DNA of 64,000 nt from an uncultured Bdellovibrio sp. (GCA_963932905.1 CAWVRN010000019.1:20219-84218); one strand, 5' to 3'. Shown: positions 30,373 to 40,457, numbered from the stretch's first letter. Notes: generated by a model not told the origin, from the sequence alone. A program made the numbers and translations.

Positions 30373-31991
30373 TATAAATAATTCTGTATCGAACTAATTT
30401 TCAAATTTTGGATAGGAATAAAATCCAATCCCAGTTTTGCATTTTCTAAATGAACTTTTTTAAGTATGGAATAGATCGCCAAGTTCTTTTGAAAGTACAA
30501 TCGCAATTCTTTGTCAGACGGTTGCTTTAAAATATATTGGTTAAACAGAAACTGTGCTTTTTTACTTTTACATTTCTTAAGAAAATCATTTTTTAAGGCT
30601 TTGCTGAAATAGGCAAAACAAGGATTTTCCTGCAAATTGTATTTCGAAATAAGCAATCTTGTTTCGTTCGCCGACAGTTCTAGATTCTTGTTTAAAATAT
30701 AGTGGTAGTCAAAGAATTCACTCGTCTGTTCTGTCAGGGTTTGCTTTGTAAATAAGGCTTCGTTGTCGGTGACCAGGCGATGGAATTCAGGTGTGGCAAC
30801 AAACGGGCTAAAGTTTTTAGAGGCTAATACTTGCAGATACAAATCAACTTGGGAACGGTTTGCGCCGTTAATAGGCTGTGGTGATTTTTCTAAATTATCC
30901 GTCAGTTTGTTATACAATTTTGGCGATTTATCGTTAATAAATAAGTATGAGTTATCAAGTACTGCAGAACGAATATTTCCGACTTGCTGCCATTTGGGCC
31001 ATGCAGATTCGATCACGATAAGTTCCGGGTTTAACTTTTTCTCTTCTTCCATTTCTGCTTCGCTAAAATTGGAAAAATTGGTTTCATGCCCTTCGGGTCC
31101 TTTGAAAGTATTGAACAACATTTGCCCGATGTCTTTTAGTGATAGAACGATGCTGATTGAATTTGGCTTTGTATTTATCTTATTGTTCTTGAAGTCTTTG
31201 AAGAACATGGCGACTTGCGAATTTCCGCTATTAAGATTGATAACAGAAGGATCGTTTTCTGGGTCATTTGCAATGTGACCATTTAATCCCACCAAAATAA
31301 TTTTTGTATTATCCCAAATTTCTAATTTTTTTAGTTCTTGGAAAAAATTAAATAATTTTTCATCAAATGCCTCTAGTTGACTTTCATAAGACAAATTTCG
31401 AATCTCGCCCAAATCAGATTGGGTTTCTTTAAATGGATATTTCAAATCGCCCAATTGGACCACGGCTACAAACGGTTTTGAATCAACGTCTTTAATATAA
31501 TCCAAAGTTAAGCGCAAAGAATCTTGGAAATTACGGTTGCCGATTTCGGGATTGATATTATCGTCAAAAATTTCAAATCCTTGTGAAATGCCAGCTTTGC
31601 GGAAAAATGGTGGTGAGCTAGAAACAAAAACGGTGCGGTAACCCAAGTTCAAAGCCATTTCGGGAAATGTCTTGAATTCTGGAGTTAGTGAATTATGTGA
31701 GTTAAATCTAACATTGTGACTGTATGGATATAGTCCCGTCAGCAGCGATGCAAATGCCGGTAGCGATTGTACTGAAGGTGTATAAGTTTGGGTGAAACGA
31801 TAAAATTCAGAACACAGAATTTCGAAACCAGATCTTTTGGAAAAAGTATCCGACTCATGACAATTAATGGCCTTACTATTTAGTTTTTCAGTCGCAATAA
31901 CGATATAGTTTGGTTGCAAGCTATTCTTGCACGACGTAGCAGATAGTATAACAACTACCGATGTGATTAGGACCAAAATCACCTTGACCAT
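30318..31991 (-). CDS. Sulfatase/alkaline phosphatase superfamily lipoprotein (ATG 31991; ORF extends to 32024)
   Basis: Lipobox ATS-C; PNYIVI; YTPSVQSLPAFASLLTGLYPYSHNV; QGFEIFDD; WDNTKIIL. Confidence 0.75.
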   Translation of the reverse strand: MVKVILVLITSVVVILSATSCKNSLQPNYIVIATEKLNSKAINCHESDTFSKRSGFEILCSEFYRFTQTYTPSVQSLPAFASLLTGLYPYSHNVRFNSHNSLTPEFKTFPEMALNLGYRTVFVSSSPPFFRKAGISQGFEIFDDNINPEIGNRNFQDSLRLTLDYIKDVDSKPFVAVVQLGDLKYPFKETQSDLGEIRNLSYESQLEAFDEKLFNFFQELKKLEIWDNTKIILVGLNGHIANDPENDPSVINLNSGNSQVAMFFKDFKNNKINTKPNSISIVLSLKDIGQMLFNTFKGPEGHETNFSNFSEAEMEEEKKLNPELIVIESAWPKWQQVGNIRSAVLDNSYLFINDKSPKLYNKLTDNLEKSPQPINGANRSQVDLYLQVLASKNFSPFVATPEFHRLVTDNEALFTKQTLTEQTSEFFDYHYILNKNLELSANETRLLISKYNLQENPCFAYFSKALKNDFLKKCKSKKAQFLFNQYILKQPSDKELRLYFQKNLAIYSILKKVHLENAKLGLDFIPIQNLKISSIQNYLYQSLKSIIAIQNGDSGSN

Positions 31992-32050
31992 AAAGTAGCA
32001 CCCCGACACAATAACTCTATCCAATTTGTCTTTCCGAAGGAAGGTAAACA

Positions 32051-32680
32051 GTGCTAACCGAAAAAATTTTTGCAGTAGCTCACGTCATCGACCAGGTTCT
32101 TTTGTGGATTCTTGTATTTTTAAGTTTTTTAAGTCTAGGTATGATCTTAGAGAGATTTTTTAATTTGCGTAAAGTTTCGAAAGAATCAAACCGCGTTCGT
32201 ATTCAAATTAAAAATTCACTTCAAAATCATCAAACTGAATTTTTCGAAGATCTAGCTCGCGATCCTTTGTCATTTGAAGGTCGCATGGCTAATTACGCTC
32301 TGAAGCACATCAAAGAAAGTGGTTCAAAAGGTCTGGAAGAATTTTTCAATACAAACATCTTAACGATGAAACCGGAACTGGATCGTTTCTTGGGATTCTT
32401 GGCAACGGTAGGATCGAATGCGCCTTATTTGGGTCTACTGGGTACGGTTCTTGGTATCATGAAAGCGTTTAATGATTTGGCTCAATCGCCAGAAGCAGGT
32501 CAGCAAACAGTGATGGCGGGTATCTCGTTAGCTTTAGTTGCGACTGCTGCGGGTCTATTTGTTGCGATTCCAGCAGTTATCGGTTTCAACTTTTTTGGTA
32601 AGCAAGTTAAAGGCATCGTTCAAAGTTTAGAATCAGTTAAAGAACTTGGTCTAAGTTACGCTAAGAAAAAAGGTTTATAA
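32051..32680 (+). CDS. MotA/TolQ/ExbB proton channel family protein
   Basis: LATVGSNAPYLGLLGTVLGIM, GISLALVATAAGLFVAIPA. Confidence 0.95.
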   Translation: MLTEKIFAVAHVIDQVLLWILVFLSFLSLGMILERFFNLRKVSKESNRVRIQIKNSLQNHQTEFFEDLARDPLSFEGRMANYALKHIKESGSKGLEEFFNTNILTMKPELDRFLGFLATVGSNAPYLGLLGTVLGIMKAFNDLAQSPEAGQQTVMAGISLALVATAAGLFVAIPAVIGFNFFGKQVKGIVQSLESVKELGLSYAKKKGL

Positions 32681-33081
32681 TGGCTGTGAAATTTAGTGAC
32701 GATGAACCATTATCAGAAATTAATGTCGTCCCTCTAGTCGACATTATATTGGTTGTTTTGATTATCTTCATGGTAACGGCACCGATGTTTATGAAACCGT
32801 CTATTAACGTAAATCTTCCTAAAGCAGCATCAGGCGATCAAACTCAACCAGGCCAATTGAATATTTCTATCACCGCTGACGGTCGCCTAAATTTGAATGG
32901 CTCGTTCGCCAGTGAAGAAGCGGTTGGTAAAAAAGCCAAGGAACTTTTTGATGCCAATCCGGACGTGCAAGCTGTGATTTCCGCAGACAAAGAAGTGGCC
33001 CATGGTCGAGTCGTCGGAGTGATGGACGTCGTGAAATCGGCTGGCGTTAAGAAATTCGCGATCTCAATCGACAAAAAATAA
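32680..33081 (+). CDS. ExbD/TolR family protein
   Basis: EINVVPLVDIILVVLIIFMVT, ADKEVAHGRVVGVMD. Confidence 0.95.
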   Translation: MAVKFSDDEPLSEINVVPLVDIILVVLIIFMVTAPMFMKPSINVNLPKAASGDQTQPGQLNISITADGRLNLNGSFASEEAVGKKAKELFDANPDVQAVISADKEVAHGRVVGVMDVVKSAGVKKFAISIDKK

Positions 33082-33180
33082 AGTCATTTTGCAAGGCTAA
33101 GGTTTAGGGCGCGCATACGATGCCTATTTTTTGACGGTTCTTGGCCTAGTCGACTCTTACAAACAACACCAAATAAGCAC

Positions 33181-33207
33181 TAAATCCTGTCAAAATTTTG
33201 CCGATCG
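33181..33207 (+). promoter_or_regulatory. Sigma28 (FliA) promoter
   Basis: TAAA-N15-GCCGATCG. Confidence 0.7.
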
Positions 33208-33213
33208 TATGGT

Positions 33214-33693
33214 ATGCGATTTTTACTGGCAAACGGATTTATATTTTTAGCAATGACTGGGGTATTGTACTTTCAGTATTTCTATCAATCGCCAAATGCA
33301 TCTGTCGCCATCGCGTCCACCGGAAAACTACGGACCCCGGCGGCTACATCCGGCGATCTGCCTTCAGTCGTTGAGTCAAAATCACTTAAAGATAAAAAAC
33401 CGGTCGATTTGGATTGGAAGTTTAACCTATCCTGCAAGGATTCCGAAAAAGAAGTCGCACATTCCAAAGAGTCTGTGATTCTGGATCTCGAAAAATGTGG
33501 TAAAGAGTTTCCAAAGGACATAGTCATTGAAAATCAGTCCAACGGATTCACGGCCTCGGTATTTGCCATTAGTGCTTCGAATGCAAAGACAGATTCTATC
33601 CCTCTAAAAAAGGGCAAAAATATTGTCGTCATCAGATACATCCTTTCAAAAACCAAAGCCGAAATAGTTGAAAAACTCAGCATTCAGCGCTAG
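33214..33693 (+). CDS. Hypothetical protein with N-terminal TM/signal anchor and beta-rich domain
   Basis: Hydrophobic N-terminus, RTPAA linker, TDSIPLKKGKNIVVIRY. Confidence 0.7.
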   Translation: MRFLLANGFIFLAMTGVLYFQYFYQSPNASVAIASTGKLRTPAATSGDLPSVVESKSLKDKKPVDLDWKFNLSCKDSEKEVAHSKESVILDLEKCGKEFPKDIVIENQSNGFTASVFAISASNAKTDSIPLKKGKNIVVIRYILSKTKAEIVEKLSIQR

Positions 33694-33771
33694 TTACCTG
33701 GCGTAACGCTATCAGTTAAAAAATGGGACTTATAGATTGAGAAATAGGATCGAATCTCTTATGTTGGGCTC

Positions 33772-34446
33772 ATGCAGGGTACGTCAAAAGAAGGTTCCGT
33801 CTCTAAAATTGTAGCTCAAGAAAGCTTTAAGAAAAAATCAGACGTGCATTTAGCTCGAAAAGTTTGGCATATCAGCGGTGTGATGCTGCTTTTTATCGGT
33901 TACGAAATTTTTCCTGAAATGGCTTCTAAGGTTGGAATTTTATTACTGTTTTGTCTGTTTGTAGGTCTCGACCTTTACCGTCTAAGAAATAGCAATTTTA
34001 ACGTTTTAATTACTCATTATTTACGTCCGATCATGCGCCAAAGTGAAATTGATCATTTGGCCGGCACCACATATTTGATGGCTGGCGTGGCCATATTGAT
34101 TCATTTTTTTGATCCTATCATTGTGAAACTAAGCCTGATTTTTTTAGCCCTAGCGGACCCGTTCGCCAGCTACTTTGGCATTCGTTATGGAAAAGACAAA
34201 ATTTGGGGTGAAAAGACTCTGCAGGGTTTCTTGGCGGGGTTTTTCGTATGCTCTGGCTGCAGTTTCTTGTTCTTGTATTTGCATGATTATAATTTATGGC
34301 GAGCCGTGGTTGTCAGTTTCATCGGGGGCCTAATCGGCTCTTTGGCGGAACTGATCCCAATAGCTAAACTGGATGATAATTTGACTATCCCTGTAGCCAG
34401 CGGACTCGGTTTATCATTAGTTTTTTACATCTTCGGTTTTTTATAA
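33772..34446 (+). CDS. Polyprenol/phytol/dolichol kinase (CTP-dependent, SEC59/DGK1-like) membrane protein
   Basis: ARKVWH, LADPFASYFG, KTLQGFLAG, LDDNLTIP. Confidence 0.85.
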   Translation: MQGTSKEGSVSKIVAQESFKKKSDVHLARKVWHISGVMLLFIGYEIFPEMASKVGILLLFCLFVGLDLYRLRNSNFNVLITHYLRPIMRQSEIDHLAGTTYLMAGVAILIHFFDPIIVKLSLIFLALADPFASYFGIRYGKDKIWGEKTLQGFLAGFFVCSGCSFLFLYLHDYNLWRAVVVSFIGGLIGSLAELIPIAKLDDNLTIPVASGLGLSLVFYIFGFL

Positions 34447-34459
34447 CACAGAGGTAGCC

Positions 34460-35308
34460 ATGGCGACGGAACAAAACAATACCACAGGACGAATGGATCA
34501 AATGGAAGCTCCCGAAAAACCACTTAGAATGTATATTTATATCCTGCCTAACTTAGTAACCACATGTAATATTTTTTGTGGTTTCTTTGCGATGATCTAC
34601 ACCCTCAAGCAAAACTACTTATATGCCGCTTACGCCATCGTCGTAGCTGCCATTTTCGATACCTTAGATGGGCGTTTGGCGCGGTTAACTCGCTCGACAA
34701 GCAAGTTTGGCGCCGAATACGATTCACTTTGTGATGTAGTCAGTTTCGGTGTGGCTCCGGCTTTATTGATGTTCAATTGGGCCCTTCAACCATTTGGTCG
34801 ATTAGGCTGGATGGCGTGTTTCTTATTTGTGGCTTGCGGAGCTATTCGGTTAGCGCGATTCAATGTTCAAGTGAACATTGTTGAAAAAAACTATTTCCAG
34901 GGTCTACCCATTCCCATGGCCGCAGGTATCGTGGCATCGGCAGTTTTAGCTTTTCACGAACTAGAATTAGATGCTTGGGGTAATATCCTTCTGTTGTGTA
35001 TGACAATTCTTTTGGCGTTCGTAATGGTAAGTAATTTCCGTTACCGCAGTTTCAAGGATCTAGATTTAAAAGAACGTATGCCTTTCCACTACTTAATCGT
35101 TGGTGTAAGTATTCTATTTGTTGTTCTTCTTCATCCTGAGGTGATGCTGTTTATCCTATTCTTGTCGTACGCGACACTGGGCGCGGTTTTCGGGATCTTT
35201 AAGCTGGGCAAAAATGTTCGTAAAATTAAATCGTCGGTGTATGCGCCGGCGAAAGTCGTTGATGACCATGATTTGATCGAAGACGACGACGAACCGGAAA
35301 CTAAATAG
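34460..35308 (+). CDS. pssA: CDP-diacylglycerol--serine O-phosphatidyltransferase
   Basis: LPNLVT, DTLDGRLAR...FGAEYDSLCDVVSFGVAPA, RLARFN, FQGLPIP. Confidence 0.93.
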   Translation: MATEQNNTTGRMDQMEAPEKPLRMYIYILPNLVTTCNIFCGFFAMIYTLKQNYLYAAYAIVVAAIFDTLDGRLARLTRSTSKFGAEYDSLCDVVSFGVAPALLMFNWALQPFGRLGWMACFLFVACGAIRLARFNVQVNIVEKNYFQGLPIPMAAGIVASAVLAFHELELDAWGNILLLCMTILLAFVMVSNFRYRSFKDLDLKERMPFHYLIVGVSILFVVLLHPEVMLFILFLSYATLGAVFGIFKLGKNVRKIKSSVYAPAKVVDDHDLIEDDDEPETK

Positions 35309-35387
35309 GTTTTGACAGAAGCGCTTAAAAAAGCAAATTATGTCCTGGTTGATTTTTTAATAAAAGACAGCTTAACCAGGACTATCT

Positions 35388-36407
35388 ATGAGAAAATTAA
35401 AAGTTGGTGTCGTTGGCGCGACCGGTATGGTCGGCCAAGTGTTTATGAATTTACTAGAGGAAAGAAATTTTCCTTTAACGGAGCTTCGTCCGTTTGCCAG
35501 TGAATCGTCTTTAGGTAAGAAAATTAAGTGTCAAAATAAAGAATGGACGTGCGAAGTTTTAAAACCAAACTGCTTCGACGGTTTAGATATCGTATTTTTT
35601 TCTTCAGGTGATGACATTTCTAAAGAGTGGGCTCCAGAAGCCGTGAAATCGGGTGCGTACGCGATAGATAACTCGGCCGCATTTAGAATGAGTCCCGAGC
35701 ATGCCCTGGTCGTTCCTGAGGTAAATGGAGATCTTGTTGAGAAGATGGATCGTCCTCAAGTGATTGCCAATCCAAACTGTTCAACCATTCAATTAGTTGT
35801 AGCGCTAAAACCCCTGCAAGAAAAATTTGGTGTGGAGGAAGTTCGTGTCAGCAGTTACCAAGCGGCCAGTGGTGCGGGATTGCCGGCCTATAATGAATTA
35901 TTAGATCAAGCGGCTGATTATAAAAATCCAAATCCTAAGCCGGTGAATTTCGTACATCCTCTATTGTTCAACGTAATTCCTCAGATCGGTTCATTCGATG
36001 AGGAAGGCTTCACCAGCGAAGAAAAGAAAATCCAAAACGAAACTAAAAAGATTTTACGTCAGTCGAATATGAAAGTATCTGCCTTCGCTGTTCGCGTGCC
36101 AGTATTAAATGGCCATAGCGAAAGTGTATGGGTGACTTTAAACAAAGAAGTTAGCCGTGATGAGATCGTTAGAGCCATGTCCTCAATGGAAGGTCTTGTC
36201 GTGCAAGACGAGCCAAAGAAAAGTGTATACCCGATGCCGAGAGATGTATCTGGCAAGGATCCTGTGTATGTGGGACGTATTCATCGTGACCCCGAAAATA
36301 AGAAAATGTGGTTGATGTGGGTGGTTTCAGATAACATAAAAAAAGGCGCCGCTTTAAATGGTATTCAGATCGCCGATTTGTTAATTAAAAACGCATTAAA
36401 AGGTTGA
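35388..36407 (+). CDS. asd: Aspartate-semialdehyde dehydrogenase
   Basis: VVGATGMVG, IANPNCSTIQ, SYQAASGAG, DNIKKGAALN. Confidence 0.97.
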   Translation: MRKLKVGVVGATGMVGQVFMNLLEERNFPLTELRPFASESSLGKKIKCQNKEWTCEVLKPNCFDGLDIVFFSSGDDISKEWAPEAVKSGAYAIDNSAAFRMSPEHALVVPEVNGDLVEKMDRPQVIANPNCSTIQLVVALKPLQEKFGVEEVRVSSYQAASGAGLPAYNELLDQAADYKNPNPKPVNFVHPLLFNVIPQIGSFDEEGFTSEEKKIQNETKKILRQSNMKVSAFAVRVPVLNGHSESVWVTLNKEVSRDEIVRAMSSMEGLVVQDEPKKSVYPMPRDVSGKDPVYVGRIHRDPENKKMWLMWVVSDNIKKGAALNGIQIADLLIKNALKG

Positions 36408-36438
36408 AAATAGGGGTCAATAGTGTTGCCATATTAGT

Positions 36439-37854
36439 ATGGTTCAACGTCTATTGATCATTTGTATTTTGCTCACTCATGCCTTTCTGGCTCATGGGTT
36501 CTCTGTGTCGGTAAAAGGTGCCAGTTCATCATCTGTTCCTGATTCGGCGGCTCCGTCGACGTTGTTGGTTAATGGTGGCTATGCATTGCCGTCAAATTGT
36601 GCGACTCGTGATGGATCGACAACCTGTGATTCTTGCAATGGTGTAAATATCGAGGTGGCCTCGGGTACGACAGCGCCTGCTCCCTGCAATAACAATAGTA
36701 TCTATGATGAATTGCCCCTAACAATAGAAGTAGAATCGGACAAAACCGACATCACAACCTATGCTGTTGGCGTGTCGAAGTCTTCAGAGTATTCAACAAA
36801 TCCAATTACGACAATTAGTTTGGCGGCTGTAAATGGTAGAACTTATGCCTTCACAGCAACATGGGCGCAATTGGCATCAGCATTTGAATTATCATTCACG
36901 TGTACGGCTACAACCGGATGTGGCGGGCTAAAGACTTTATATTTCGGCCCGATCAAAGACGATAAGTTTGTCGAGTATGTGACCGTAAAAATTAATTTTA
37001 GCATTGTGAACTATTCGAATTTGTCGACTCCTTACAATGGAATCATTAAAGGCAAAGCGACTTGGTGTACGCCAAACTCACTGGATCCATTGACGTCAAA
37101 CATTTCTTCCAATGGTCTATGTTACTTTGAAATGTTTCCCGGCGATCAAAAAGCCTACATTACAAACTTTATTGCTGGATGGGGAGCTTCACCTGTCGAT
37201 CCAGATACCAGTTTAACATATAGCAATTTAACTATGTTTTATGCTGAAAAATCTGCCAGTGCTAGTGTGCTAGATACTTTGAAATCAATTACAAATAAAT
37301 CGGCGAATTCATCGGTGGGTTTGACGACAACGGTAGGTGATCCTTTGTCCAGTTATAAGATTGAAGGTCTGGAAAATGGCACTGCGGATAGCTCGAAAAC
37401 ATACTGTTTTCTTCCGGCATTAAAGGATGCGACAGGAACCTACTTGTATTTCTTAGATTTTCAAGCAAATGGTATTACTACAGATCAATTCAATAATATG
37501 TGCGCAAGTCCTTCAGAAGTTGTCGGCATTTTAAGTGATAAAGATTGCTTTATCGCGACGGTGGCATTCGGTAGTCGTAACCATATGTTTTTGGATATTC
37601 TTCGTGAATTCAGAAATAAATATTTACATCCGTTTTCTTGGGGCAAAAAATTTATAAAATTTTATTACGCGAACGGGCCGGGTTGGGCCAAACGCATATC
37701 TGAAAATACCCTGGCTAAAGCCGTTGTGAAAGTGACCTTGCTTCCAGTTATCGCCATCGCATTTTTGATACTTAATCCTCTATGGCTTTGTGTTGCTAGT
37801 GGCGTTGGTTTCCTGGGTTATCGTCGTTGGAAACGTCGAGGTAGCAACAAATGA
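36439..37854 (+). CDS. Exported Cys/Ser/Thr-rich protein with CFI-box-CTERM C-terminal domain
   Basis: Signal peptide; DCFIATVAFGS...LREFRNKYL...GKKFIKFYY..GP; terminal TM plus RRWKRR. Confidence 0.85.
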   Translation: MVQRLLIICILLTHAFLAHGFSVSVKGASSSSVPDSAAPSTLLVNGGYALPSNCATRDGSTTCDSCNGVNIEVASGTTAPAPCNNNSIYDELPLTIEVESDKTDITTYAVGVSKSSEYSTNPITTISLAAVNGRTYAFTATWAQLASAFELSFTCTATTGCGGLKTLYFGPIKDDKFVEYVTVKINFSIVNYSNLSTPYNGIIKGKATWCTPNSLDPLTSNISSNGLCYFEMFPGDQKAYITNFIAGWGASPVDPDTSLTYSNLTMFYAEKSASASVLDTLKSITNKSANSSVGLTTTVGDPLSSYKIEGLENGTADSSKTYCFLPALKDATGTYLYFLDFQANGITTDQFNNMCASPSEVVGILSDKDCFIATVAFGSRNHMFLDILREFRNKYLHPFSWGKKFIKFYYANGPGWAKRISENTLAKAVVKVTLLPVIAIAFLILNPLWLCVASGVGFLGYRRWKRRGSNK

Positions 37855-38843
37855 AAATCAAATTAGTTTTTGCATTTTTGTATGTTTCTACCTTAGTGTG
37901 TGCGCAATCACCGGATGACGTTTTTTTGGAAGTAGATCCAAATACTCCCAAAGCAGAAGCGCCGGTAGAAGATTTGCCACCGAACGAACCACCGTACACT
38001 AAAACTCAAGATGAACTCGAAGCTCAGAAATTACTGAATCAAGATATTCCTCCAGAGGTTGAAGATACGCCCGAGGCTCCGAAAAAGAAACCGGCGCCAG
38101 CTGCGAAAGTAGTTGAAACTGAATCCAGTCAATCGGGTCGACAAAAAATCGCCCATCCTGATGCAAAACGTGGTTTGTATTTAATCGATCAAAACACAGG
38201 TAAGTATTATTACAAAACAGAAAAACTTTCGAAGAAAAACCAATCGACCTCGATTCGCGTGGGGAGCATTACTCGTCCCAATATCACGATGGAATCGGGT
38301 GGTAATACATATACGTTTCAAGATATTTACGGCAGTAATGATTTGACCTTTTTGATGTTGGATTACGAATGGCAGCCTTTTCGGTCGTTTGGAAAACTGG
38401 GTGTAGTGATGGGCGCGGGGTTTTTCACAGCTTCTGGTAACGGGCGGTTCGCAAATCCAGCAGTACAGGACGGTGAGCCGGCCAAGGAAACTTTTACTTT
38501 TATTGGACTACCGATTTCATTGGGTGGAATTTATCGTTTAGAATTTTCTGAACGTCAGTGGTTTGCTCCCTTCGTAATTGGGGGCGGAAGTTATTACGTA
38601 TTGGCGGAATTGCGTGATGACGGGAAGGCTCCTAAAATCGTGGGAACTCCGGCGGCGTATGCTGGTGGCGGTATCCTGTTAAATATCACTCGCTGGAGCA
38701 AAGACATCGATTTTGCCATGGACCGCGAATACGGTATCAGTAATATGTGGTTATCTGCAGAGTTTCGCACAATACAAAGTGGAAACGAAGATTTAGATGT
38801 CAGTTCTGACGTATTCAACATCGGGATCTCTGTCGATTACTAA
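37851..38843 (+). CDS. Outer-membrane beta-barrel protein with Pro/acidic N-terminal linker
   Basis: Signal peptide; amphipathic strands; C-terminal IGISVDY beta-signal; overlaps previous gene. Confidence 0.7.
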   Translation: MKIKLVFAFLYVSTLVCAQSPDDVFLEVDPNTPKAEAPVEDLPPNEPPYTKTQDELEAQKLLNQDIPPEVEDTPEAPKKKPAPAAKVVETESSQSGRQKIAHPDAKRGLYLIDQNTGKYYYKTEKLSKKNQSTSIRVGSITRPNITMESGGNTYTFQDIYGSNDLTFLMLDYEWQPFRSFGKLGVVMGAGFFTASGNGRFANPAVQDGEPAKETFTFIGLPISLGGIYRLEFSERQWFAPFVIGGGSYYVLAELRDDGKAPKIVGTPAAYAGGGILLNITRWSKDIDFAMDREYGISNMWLSAEFRTIQSGNEDLDVSSDVFNIGISVDY

Positions 38844-38856
38844 GACAGTAAAACTT

Positions 38857-38883
38857 TCAGTACCTGCTAATTTTTGCCGAATA
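38857..38883 (+). promoter_or_regulatory. Candidate sigma28 promoter
   Basis: TCAG-N15-GCCGAATA. Confidence 0.5.
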
Positions 38884-38928
38884 AAAATATGACAGCGATT
38901 TCAATCTGCGCATGAATTATAAAGAGAT

Positions 38929-39717
38929 GTGGAATTGTTAAAGTTTTTTATTCTATCTCTAGTTCTTGTTTCATCGATGGCTTGCCAGAAACGCAAAGCC
39001 GCGCCAGTTAATGTTGCTGTGCCTGATGTGGCGGCTGAACAGGGCCATGTTAACGAAGATCCAAATGGACTGTCGCCAACTCTGTATTTCGTCCCTGTGC
39101 TGAATTCGAAAAAAATCGAGTGTCGTGGTGATGACGTGAAGTCGATCAAGAATGCAAAAGGGCAAACCATCGCGCGCGTGTGTGAAGCTGATTATAAAGT
39201 TTGTGTAATGCAGGGTACGTGCCTGTTAAGTGAAAATCGTGGAATGCGCATCGTGACCTTTACGACTCGACGTGGGAAAGTGCCTACTTTTTCCGAGAAC
39301 AGCAAAAAAGAATGCCCTTACGGATTAGGTGTAAAAGACATTTGTTTAGATCCTTACTACACGGTAGCAGCTGATTTAAATTTTCATAAATTAGGTGATG
39401 TAATTTTTATTCCGTCAGTACGTGGTGTTCAGCTACCAAATGGCGAAATTCACGACGGCTACTTTGTTGTTCGTGATTCTGGTTCTGCCATAAAGTCAGA
39501 AAAGCGGTTTGATTTTTTCACAGGTTTTGACAAAGACACTGATACGTCTAATGTTTTCAAAAAATTGGGATTAGACGCAAAAGAAAATCGTTTCAAGCAC
39601 GAAAAAGCTTCTGAAGAAATCGCAGTTAAAGTGCGTGCTAAACGAAACTATCCAAAAATTAACAAAAAACAATTGGCCGAAGCCAACGCCTTTATCAAAA
39701 GTGCGATGGCCCGTTAG
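38929..39717 (+). CDS. 3D-domain (MltA-like lytic transglycosylase) lipoprotein
   Basis: Lipobox SMA-C; TVAAD...RDSGSAIK...RFDFFTG three-Asp motif. Confidence 0.85.
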   Translation: MELLKFFILSLVLVSSMACQKRKAAPVNVAVPDVAAEQGHVNEDPNGLSPTLYFVPVLNSKKIECRGDDVKSIKNAKGQTIARVCEADYKVCVMQGTCLLSENRGMRIVTFTTRRGKVPTFSENSKKECPYGLGVKDICLDPYYTVAADLNFHKLGDVIFIPSVRGVQLPNGEIHDGYFVVRDSGSAIKSEKRFDFFTGFDKDTDTSNVFKKLGLDAKENRFKHEKASEEIAVKVRAKRNYPKINKKQLAEANAFIKSAMAR

Positions 39718-39854
39718 CGATTTACACCTGTATAAATTAACTACAGATGCCCTGGCTCAAATCCTTCCTATTCTTTTGCTCAATCATTTGAACGGCATTC
39801 AAATGGCAAAGTGTTTCTTCGTTAGTTCAAAACCAAACTAAACAAGGAGTAAGA

Positions 39855-40403
39855 ATGAAAAGAGCAATTTTATCTGCGGTAGTCATATTAGTAGCATCTC
39901 AAGCAACGTTGGCAAAATCAGGTGCCGAGTGCAAATTGGACTTAGCCCAAATTTCTAGTCAGTATAAAAATGGTAAGTATCTTTTAGAGCAGAAAGATGG
40001 TGTACCTGATATCGCCGATTGCAAAAACGTCGATCTACCTGCTGAAAATGTTGATAACAAGGTGTTTATCACAGCAGATAAATCTGCTTTGATCATCCAG
40101 AACAACAAAACTCAAACACTTTCCTTTTCTATCATTCCAGGGAAAATCACTGACTATGCAGTTATGGCTGGTCGTTTGATTATTTCAACGGCGGATAATA
40201 AAGTATTGGTTGTCGGTCGTAACGGAAACATTTTTGAAATGTTAACGTCGACGGGAAAATCGTATTCCGATGTTAAGTCTATAAAAATTGATAAAGGTGT
40301 ATTGGTCATGGAACAGAATGCAAATGCGCCAATTCCTTTAACTGAAGAACAGGTTACAAAACGTATTAACGACGCCGGGAAATTCCGCGCTCTTTCGTTT
40401 TAA
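39855..40403 (+). CDS. Exported hypothetical protein
   Basis: SD AAGGAG; signal peptide ending TLA-K. Confidence 0.75.
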   Translation: MKRAILSAVVILVASQATLAKSGAECKLDLAQISSQYKNGKYLLEQKDGVPDIADCKNVDLPAENVDNKVFITADKSALIIQNNKTQTLSFSIIPGKITDYAVMAGRLIISTADNKVLVVGRNGNIFEMLTSTGKSYSDVKSIKIDKGVLVMEQNANAPIPLTEEQVTKRINDAGKFRALSF

Positions 40404-40426
40404 TTGCTAAGTATGACCTCGAATTT

Positions 40427-40457
40427 AAAGCGCCGCCAATTTGGTAGGCGCTTTTTT
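40427..40457 (+). terminator. Rho-independent terminator
   Basis: AAAGCGCC...GGCGCTTT followed by T-run. Confidence 0.8.

Noticed and set aside
35312..35503. 63-aa ORF overlapping the asd start
   Set aside because: Alternate-frame overlap with asd, TTG start, no features
39793..39808. CGGCATTCAAATGGCA as a sigma54 promoter
   Set aside because: GG-N10-GC spacing is present but both flanks deviate from consensus; too weak to call
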